This document shows positions 57,081 through 64,000 of a stretch of DNA of 64,000 bases, one piece after another. The translations under genes and the position numbers were made by a program. The notes beneath the pieces were generated by a model, which saw only the letters and a list, made by a program, of their open reading frames with translations, made no database searches and was not told the origin of the DNA. This DNA comes from Candidatus Moraniibacteriota bacterium (GTDB lineage: Bacteria; Patescibacteriota; Minisyncoccia; Moranbacterales; UBA1568): positions 80,697 to 144,696 of the forward strand of contig JBBCGM010000002.1 in the NCBI GenBank assembly GCA_037201605.1, read 5' to 3'. The stretch's first letter is position 1; every line of letters begins with the position of its first letter.

Positions 57081-58720
57081 GTTACCAGGACCAGCAGTAC
57101 CAAGCCATACGTAAAGGCAAGGGCCATCATGATCGCCGGGAGGCGATAGTAGTCGAAAAAACTTTTGGGATCGCGCCGGGCCACTTGCAGGATCCAAAAA
57201 GCAGCGCTTCCGAAAAGTAATCCTTCGGGGGCAAGCAACGGCACATTGAGGATAGCCGGACTGAGGCTGAAAACAAGGAAGGCGAGCCCCCCTAAGACAA
57301 GGCGCGCCTTTTTTTCACCCAGAAGTACAGGGAACGTGTAGACGCCATCGCGAGCATCCCCCTTGATATCTTTGAAGTCTTTGATGGGGAGAAGAATGGT
57401 GTAGGCGGCTCCCAGGAAAAAGAGCAGCCGAAGCGGTAAGGCGTCAAGGTTTCCTGAAGGGCTGACTGCGAGGAAGCCGGCGCTGAGGACGAGAAGTCCG
57501 CACGCGGCAGCGATAGCCGTCGCGATAATCGGAAAACGCTTCAATCTGAACGGCTCAGCCGAGTAGAGAAAAGCCAGGGCCTGATAGCCAAGAAGCAGGA
57601 GAAGAGCTGTGAAGCTCACGGTGCCGGCGAGAAGCAATGATCCGGCGAAAAAGAGGACTCCATAGTCAAAATAGGCTTCCGGAGAAATCGTTTTTTCGGT
57701 GAGCGGGCGTTTCGGATTGGTGATGGCATCAATGCGCGTATCGTACCAGTCGTTTACGGCAACGCTTGCCAGCCAGGCGAGTACTGCGGCCATGAGAAGG
57801 CTCACGGTAGCAGTGGCGTCAAAAATGGAAAAAACAGGACTCGGGGGATTATAGAGCAGGGCCAAAAGCATGCCTACGGAAATCAGACCGCCATGGTAGC
57901 AAACCTGCGGCAGGCGGGCGTTGCGGAAAAGGGCGAGAAAGTGGTCCCTACGTTTCCAGAAAAGCAGCGCGAACATGATGCACGGCAGCAGAACGCCGTA
58001 GATGAGGCTCATCTTGGTATTGAGCACGCTCCGCGTATCGGTCAGTTCGCGGCCAAGGACGGATTCCGGCGAGAGGAAAAATCCCGCGACATCGAGGCTA
58101 TTCGTACTCAAAAGCTGTCCGGCTGGCAATTTGAAAAGCAGCGTCAGCCACGAGGGAAAAGTCCCGAGAATATAGAGAACTGAATAGACGGCGAGTCCCG
58201 AGAGGAAACCGCGAATGACGCGCTTGGTTACCAGTCCTACGTAGAGAGCGGCGAGTATGCTCACCATGATGACCTCGAAACGGACGCCGTAGGTGATACC
58301 GATTTGGGGGTTGCCTCCGAAGAGCGTGAAATAGCCGCGCATGAGTCCTGCTAAGCCGTCAAATTGGTAAAAGCTCCAGAAAAGCCTTTCCCCGAAGATG
58401 AGCTTGTCAATAATAGGCGGCGAGAGGATGATGAGGAACCCAAACAGAAGTACGGACGCAGTTTCCGGGACGGATTTGCGCGCGAGGGGCAAGAGAACAG
58501 CAAGCAGCACTGAGAAGGCGAGAGAGAAAAAAAGGAAGGTGTGAGAAAATTCAGAGAAGAAATAGGCAAAAGAATGGCTCTGGAAACGGCTGATAGCCCC
58601 CTCGATAATAAGCCGTGCCACGATAAGAGACGCGAAAGAGATGGTGAAAATCCCCAAGCGCAAATCGGGCTTTTCAATGAGGCCAAGAATTTTTTCAGCA
58701 ATGCGTTTGAAGGAAGCCAT
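57077..58720 (-). CDS. UbiA-family prenyltransferase domain with an N-terminal polytopic extension of about 280 aa
   Basis: NDWYDTRIDAITNPKRPL (first Asp-rich motif) and IKDFKDIKGDARDG (second). About 15 predicted helices in total. Confidence 0.7.
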   Translation of the reverse strand: MASFKRIAEKILGLIEKPDLRLGIFTISFASLIVARLIIEGAISRFQSHSFAYFFSEFSHTFLFFSLAFSVLLAVLLPLARKSVPETASVLLFGFLIILSPPIIDKLIFGERLFWSFYQFDGLAGLMRGYFTLFGGNPQIGITYGVRFEVIMVSILAALYVGLVTKRVIRGFLSGLAVYSVLYILGTFPSWLTLLFKLPAGQLLSTNSLDVAGFFLSPESVLGRELTDTRSVLNTKMSLIYGVLLPCIMFALLFWKRRDHFLALFRNARLPQVCYHGGLISVGMLLALLYNPPSPVFSIFDATATVSLLMAAVLAWLASVAVNDWYDTRIDAITNPKRPLTEKTISPEAYFDYGVLFFAGSLLLAGTVSFTALLLLLGYQALAFLYSAEPFRLKRFPIIATAIAAACGLLVLSAGFLAVSPSGNLDALPLRLLFFLGAAYTILLPIKDFKDIKGDARDGVYTFPVLLGEKKARLVLGGLAFLVFSLSPAILNVPLLAPEGLLFGSAAFWILQVARRDPKSFFDYYRLPAIMMALAFTYGLVLLVLVT

Positions 58721-58798
58721 AAGCGAACAGGCCTATTTTAGCATGCCCCTAGGCCTGTGCTAGAATACCTCTGCTTTTTTGATTTTTACTCTTGCCGC

Positions 58799-61073
58799 AT
58801 GACAGAACCTTTCTGGAAAGCCGGATTGAATAGCGATCAGCTGGAAGCCGTGCTCTCGACCGAGGGCCCGGTTTTGATTCTGGCTGGCGCCGGGAGCGGT
58901 AAAACCAAGACGCTGACGCATCGTATCGCCTACCTTTTGGCCGAGAAACACGTTGCTCCGGAGTCTGTCCTGGCGGTTACCTTTACCAACAAGGCTGCCG
59001 GTGAAATGCGCGCCCGTGTCGAAGGATTGCTGCAAACGGCCGTCCGGGAAAGCGACTTTATATTCCGCGGCCTTCCCCAGGTCGGTACGTTCCATACCGT
59101 ATGCGCGCGCATTCTGCGCCGTGAGATCACAAAATTAGGCTACGGCGACAATTTTCAAATCGCTGATGATCAGGACCAGCAGACGATTATCAAGCGCGCC
59201 ATGAAGGCCGAAGAATTAGGAACAGACCAGATTAAACCCCGAGGCGTGCTTGAGGCCATTTCGCGTGCCAAGAATGCACTGACCACTCCCGATCAGGCAT
59301 TGGCTCAGGCAGAAAGCTACTACGAGGAGGTGATCGCCCGCGTCTATATACGCTACCAGCGGGAATTGCGGGACCAGAACGCCCTCGACTTCGATGACCT
59401 TATTTGTCTTACGGTTTCTCTCTTCCAGCAGTTTCCGGAAACGCTTGAGCATTACCAGGACCTCTTTCGTTACATTATGGTGGATGAGTACCAGGATACT
59501 AACCGGCCACAGTATCTCCTCGTCACGCTCCTGGCCCAAAAGCATCGCAATCTCTTTGTTATCGGCGATGATTACCAGTCCATTTATGGTTGGCGCCAGG
59601 CCGATATCCGCAACATCTTAGACTTCGAGAAAGATTACCCGGAAGCCAAGGTTATTACCCTCGATCGCAATTATCGCTCAACGCAGGTGATTCTTGATGC
59701 CGCGACGGGAGTTATCGCTCGCAACCGCGACCAGCGTCACAAGAAGCTGTGGACTGACACCCAGGCAGGCGAAATGATCAGCGTCTGTCCTGCCGACGAC
59801 GAAGACGCCGAAGCGGAAACTATTGCCAATACCGTTGCCGCCGGCATGCGCGCCGGCCGTCAGGCGAGCGACTACACGGTACTCTACCGGACGAACGCTC
59901 AGTCCCGGGCCGTGGAAGAAATGTTTTTACGCAAAGATATTCCCTACCGTATCGTCGGAGGCCTGAAGTTCTACCAGCGCAAGGAGGTAAAAGACATGGT
60001 GGCCTACGCTCGCTTTTTTTCCAATCCGAAAGATCGTCTAGCTCTTGAACGCATTGCCAATGAGCCCAAACGGAATTTGGGACGCGCGACGCTTGAAAAA
60101 TGGAACGCGGCTGTCCAGGCTGCCAACACGGATTTTCTCGAAGCAGCATATGCTCTTAATGCTGATTCGGGCCTCGCGCCGAAGAAGATTATTATCATCC
60201 GCAACTTTGCCGATATTTTCTTAGGCCTCCGGAGTGAGCGGGAAACCCGCGAGGATCTCGGGTTGCCTGAACTGCTACGCAAACTGGCTGAGAAAAGCGG
60301 TTTTCTTGGCGCCTTGGAAGACGGTACGCCTGAAGCAGAGGCGCGCATCGAGAACGTTCAGGAACTCTTTTCTGTGGCGGAGAAGTTTCGCGAGCAGAGC
60401 CTGGAGGAGGCTCTGAATGCTTTTTTGGAAGAGGTAGCCTTGGCTTCGGATACGGATGAAATCGATCTCCATCAGGGTGCCGTGCAGCTTATGACGGTTC
60501 ACAGCGCCAAGGGCCTGGAGTTTCCCATTGTTTTCATCATCGGTTTGGAAGAAGGCATCTTTCCCCATTCACGCGCGACGCTCTCGCCTGCGGAGATGGA
60601 AGAAGAGCGCCGGCTCATGTATGTGGCGCTCACTCGTGCCAAGGAAAAAGTCTACCTCCTTTACACGGATGCCCGTGTACTCTTCGGGACGGACGCAGAT
60701 CAATCCGCCTTCACGCTTCCTGTCTGAAATTCCAGCGCATCTGGTAGTTGAAGCCGAGCGCGCCCGCTCCGGGTTCCTGGGGAGCCGGCGTAAGAAGAGC
60801 TTGGGGAATTTCGGCCGCGGCCATTTTTCCGGAGGGTCGCTTGCCGCGAGCCGCCCCGCTTTCTCCAAAGAAAAAAGTGAAAAGAAAAAAGAGGATGGAA
60901 CGGATGTTCCGATCCTTCAGCCCGATCAAGTGCGTCCAGGCGATATGGTGGAACATCCGCAATTCGGCTCGGGACTCATCATTTCAGTGGAGGGAACGCT
61001 TGCGACGGTAGCCTTCAAGCAGCAGGGAGTCAAGAAAATGATGCTTGGGGTAGCGCCTCTCCGCCATGCTTGA
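58799..61073 (+). CDS. pcrA: ATP-dependent DNA helicase PcrA/UvrD (one frame break near 60690)
   Basis: LNSDQLEAV, AGAGSGKTKTL, VDEYQDTN, TVHSAKGLEF, LMYVALTRAK. The C-terminal part (SRFLSEIP...) is in ORF 60528..61073. Confidence 0.9.
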
Positions 61074-61075
61074 TC

Positions 61076-62055
61076 CTAGCGGCGTTTGCGCTTGGCGTGA
61101 AAGCTTTTATGCACTTCTTTGAGGCGTTCGTTGGTGATGTGAGTGTAGACCTGGGTAGTCGTGATTGAAGCATGCCCGAGCATTGCCTGTACGCTGCGGA
61201 TATCGGCGCCGTTTATGAGAAGATCGGTGGCGAAGCTGTGGCGCAGGGTATGCGGATGTACGTCCTTTACGATGCCGGCTTTTTTGGCATAGTGCTTCAC
61301 GAGCCGCTGTACGCTGCGCGGTGTAAGGCGTGCGCTTTCTCGCGTGGCCGCCTTCTGGTTTTGGAGGCCTTTTTTGGGGTAGCCGAGGAAAAGCGCCTGT
61401 TCCACGTCGCTGCGCTTGTCGAGGTATTTTCGGAGAGCCTCTTAGCGGCATCAGACAAAAAGACGATACGGAGCTTTTGTCCTTTTCCGCGCACGGAAAA
61501 CTCGCCTTTCTCCAGATTGACGTGGTAGCGATCAAGGGAAGTCAGTTCTGAGACGCGCAATCCAGAAGAGAAAAGGAGCTCGATGATAGCGCGATCGCGC
61601 AGCGCCTTGGCCGTGGTGCCGGACGTCGCTTCAATGAGCCTCTCAACTTCGTCGAATTCCAAAAAATCGACCTCTCGATCCGGAATCTTGCCCACCTCCA
61701 CCTTTTCGGCTGCAAGCGTCTCGATATCTTGCTTGGCGAGGAATTTGAGAAAAGAGCGGATGACGATCGCATGGTAGCTCTGAGTGTTTTTTTTGAGCGT
61801 GCCCCCCTGGGGAGTGGCGCGCCGGTTGAGGTGGAGGCGGTAGCGGCGCACGGTCTCGAGGCTAATGTCACTTGGTTTTTGCAGCCCCATTTCTTGAAAA
61901 AAGGCCTCTAAAACGCGGGCATAACCGTCCACGGTCCGTTGCGAACGGTTCATCTCGATCTCTAGATGTTCCCCGAATTGCCGAGCAAGTTCCTGTATCT
62001 GGGTTTTACCCCGGTTTTCTTTTGAAGGAGTTTCTTTTTTCATATATTGCGACAT
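61076..62055 (-). CDS. Tyrosine site-specific recombinase XerC/XerD-like (one frame break near 61400)
   Basis: The N-terminal SAM-like domain and catalytic region are split between ORFs 61297..62055 and 61076..61405. Motifs GLRVSEL, HTLRHSFATDLL, LGHASITTTQVYTH. Confidence 0.85.
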
Positions 62056-62207
62056 TTAGTCTAGCATGAAAAAGGAACGAAATCTAAAAAAATGGCTTAT
62101 ATAAAGCAAAATTTGTTTTCCCACGGTTCATTTTTTGCTTGACCGTATAGCGGGAGCGCGCTATACTTCCTTGTGTAAAAAGTAGGGTAAAAGCCCGATA
62201 GACGGCT

Positions 62208-63527
62208 TTGCGACTGGTTTCTTGCCGGCCGCCGTCCCAGGGTTTTTCCAATAGAAAGGCGCGGAGTATCCGCCAATTTCCATTTCTGAAATCTTCCCGA
62301 GCCGGCTCTTCCGAAGAGGCGGCTCATCATTCCACAGAGCCTGACCCGTCATTACGGGAAAGGCTTGAGCGACTGCATACCAAAACGCACGTTTTTCAGC
62401 GTCGTTTCCTCAACTTCCTAAAAGACATTTCGGGCTATCGGGTTGTGCGGGTTTTCCGCAGCTACTCGGCTTTTTCGATCGTTGCCTCCTCTGCTCTCCT
62501 TGTTTCGGCGAGTAACTTTGCTCAGGGACAGGAGTCGGGCAATATTCTCTTGGGTTATGCTGGGAGCCGCGCATCGGCCGCCGAGACCCCTTCCGGTAAG
62601 CATAAGATCATCGCGCAGCCGAGCAAAAAGGAGAATTTGGCCCTGGTACCGCTTGCTAGCGCTCATACAGGCGTGGACCCTGAAGCGAAAGATGATACGA
62701 CTCTTTTTGACGTCGAGGCCGCCTCTCTGGGCAGCCAGGTAGTCCTTGCTCCTCAGGCTCAGGATATTGCCAAAGATCCCGAAGAAGACGGCGGCGTCAA
62801 GATCTATACGGTAGCTTCTGGCGATACGCTCGGTTCCATTGCTGCCGCGCACAGTATTACCATCAATACGATTCTGTGGGCCAACGACTTGGAAAATGCG
62901 GATGAAATAAAGCCGGGCGATCAGATCTTTATTCTCCCTGTGGCGGGTCTTTCACACGTAGTAAAGGGCGGGGAATCGCTTGAAGACATTGCCAAAGAAT
63001 TCCAGGCCGACAAAGAAAAGATTATTGCCTTTAACAGCCTCCCGGCCAATGGAGAGCTCAAGAGCGGCGATACTATCATCATTCCTGACGGAAGGAAGAA
63101 GGAGGAGGAACAGGAATCTTCGACCCAAAATGATGGTTTGGAACGGCGCCAATACGCCACTTCGACCGGCGGCACGGCCGTAGACATCTCTAGTTCCGTC
63201 CCCAAGGGCCGCGCAGGGGCAGGACACCGTTTTCCATATGGGTATTGCACCTGGTATGTAGCCCAAAAGCGCTATATTCCCTGGGGCGGCAACGCCGGAA
63301 CATGGCTCTATAACGCCAAAGCCATGGGATATCGTACCGGTAAAGCGCCTGCAGTTGGTTCTATCGTGGTAACGACGGAGAACCGCTATTATGGCCACGT
63401 GGCTATCGTGGAAAAGGTGAGCGGAGGCACCATCACGGTGAGTGAAATGAACTACAGCGGCTGGGGCAAGACCACGCGCCGCACTCTGGCTGCGAGCAGC
63501 CGGGTTATCAAAGGCTACATCTATTAG
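62208..63527 (+). CDS. Secreted 2xLysM + CHAP peptidoglycan hydrolase (start uncertain)
   Basis: LysM repeats (YTVASGDTLGSIAAAHSITINTILWANDL and HVVKGGESLEDIAKEFQADKEKIIAFNSL). CHAP (PYGYCTWYVAQKR...GHVAIVEKV). Confidence 0.8.
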   Translation: MRLVSCRPPSQGFSNRKARSIRQFPFLKSSRAGSSEEAAHHSTEPDPSLRERLERLHTKTHVFQRRFLNFLKDISGYRVVRVFRSYSAFSIVASSALLVSASNFAQGQESGNILLGYAGSRASAAETPSGKHKIIAQPSKKENLALVPLASAHTGVDPEAKDDTTLFDVEAASLGSQVVLAPQAQDIAKDPEEDGGVKIYTVASGDTLGSIAAAHSITINTILWANDLENADEIKPGDQIFILPVAGLSHVVKGGESLEDIAKEFQADKEKIIAFNSLPANGELKSGDTIIIPDGRKKEEEQESSTQNDGLERRQYATSTGGTAVDISSSVPKGRAGAGHRFPYGYCTWYVAQKRYIPWGGNAGTWLYNAKAMGYRTGKAPAVGSIVVTTENRYYGHVAIVEKVSGGTITVSEMNYSGWGKTTRRTLAASSRVIKGYIY

Positions 63528-63664
63528 TTTCGCACCCTCATCTCGACTCGTTTTTGTGAAAGTGGCGAGAGCGTCCTTCGTAAGAGGGCGCTCTTTAATT
63601 AAGAAATTCATGCTATAATTTTGGCGAATGGGCTGCTCGGCAAGTCAGGCCGATTTGCGTTTTT

Positions 63665-64000
63665 ATGCTGGATTTGAAAAAAGAAAAAAAACATTCGAAT
63701 ATCGTGCACGTCGCCTCTGTTGGCGTTCTTTCTCTTGCGCTCTTTTTGATCCAGTTTCATACAGTCCATGCCTACGATTTGATTGATCTTGTTTACGATA
63801 GTCCGTCTGATTGGATGGGCAGCTGGGCCGGAAGTGCTTTTCGAGGCACATTTCAATACCTGCTCTACGGAGTCTTTGAATTCTTCAGCCTCCTGGTCTC
63901 TGTTGCGGCGACCATCTTCAATTGGGCTATTAATCCGGATTTTTTCTCCGGCCCCAACGGGTTTTTCAATCTCGAGGCCACGCTTGCCATGTGGAAGTTC
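63665..64000 (+). CDS. 5' part of a hypothetical membrane/secreted protein (runs off window)
   Basis: Hand translation from ATG 63665 gives MLDLKKEKKHSNIVHVASVGVLSLALFLIQFHTVHAYD... and stays open to the window end (112 codons). Confidence 0.45.
   Translation, partial: MLDLKKEKKHSNIVHVASVGVLSLALFLIQFHTVHAYDLIDLVYDSPSDWMGSWAGSAFRGTFQYLLYGVFEFFSLLVSVAATIFNWAINPDFFSGPNGFFNLEATLAMWKF

Noticed and set aside
61398-61407. Additional parS site inside the xer gene (TGTTCCACGT)
   Set aside because: Only one half-site is present (TGTTCCACGTCGCTGC). It is not a palindrome and is probably a chance match.

Overview
This window looks like the origin-proximal region of a small bacterial chromosome. I infer a CPR/Patescibacteria-like organism from gene content: a T4SS-pilin-like secreted protein, TSP3-repeat proteins, a lean housekeeping set and many secreted cell-wall hydrolases.

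Main landmarks:
- rpmH-rnpA-yidC-jag diverges from dnaA-dnaN plus a DciA-like ORF, with DnaA boxes on both sides of dnaA.
- A surface-glycan locus holds a flippase, two GT2 glycosyltransferases and two Wzy-type ligases.
- A class I ribonucleotide reductase sits next to an Fe/Mn SOD.
- There are 11 tRNAs in four clusters.
- Housekeeping genes include ftsH, tilS, gmk, rpsA, gyrA, rpsO, pnp, lspA, comM-like, rsmA, pcrA and xer.

Most interesting observations:
1. Eleven perfect copies of the parS-type palindrome TGTTCCACGTGGAACA are packed into 1.1 kb (33986-35109). They lie about 26 kb from dnaA and all sit inside a third, AT-rich Wzy-like ORF. They are translated as MFHVEH, CSTWN or VPRGT, and no parAB is present in the window.
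2. A canonical tRNA(CAT) is nested, between 20-nt inverted repeats, in the T-loop position of a second tRNA-like (CAT) shell (24797-25024).
3. An unassigned, promoter-driven non-coding region of about 0.5 kb lies at 52.07-52.57 kb.

Caveat: from about 30.4 kb onward almost every gene carries 1-nt frame breaks, several of them at short homopolymer runs, whereas 0-30 kb has a single one (in dnaA). This looks like assembly indel error. Coordinates of broken genes are therefore outer bounds, and pseudogene calls are unsafe.

All calls rest on reading the sequence and ORF translations by eye. No searches were run.
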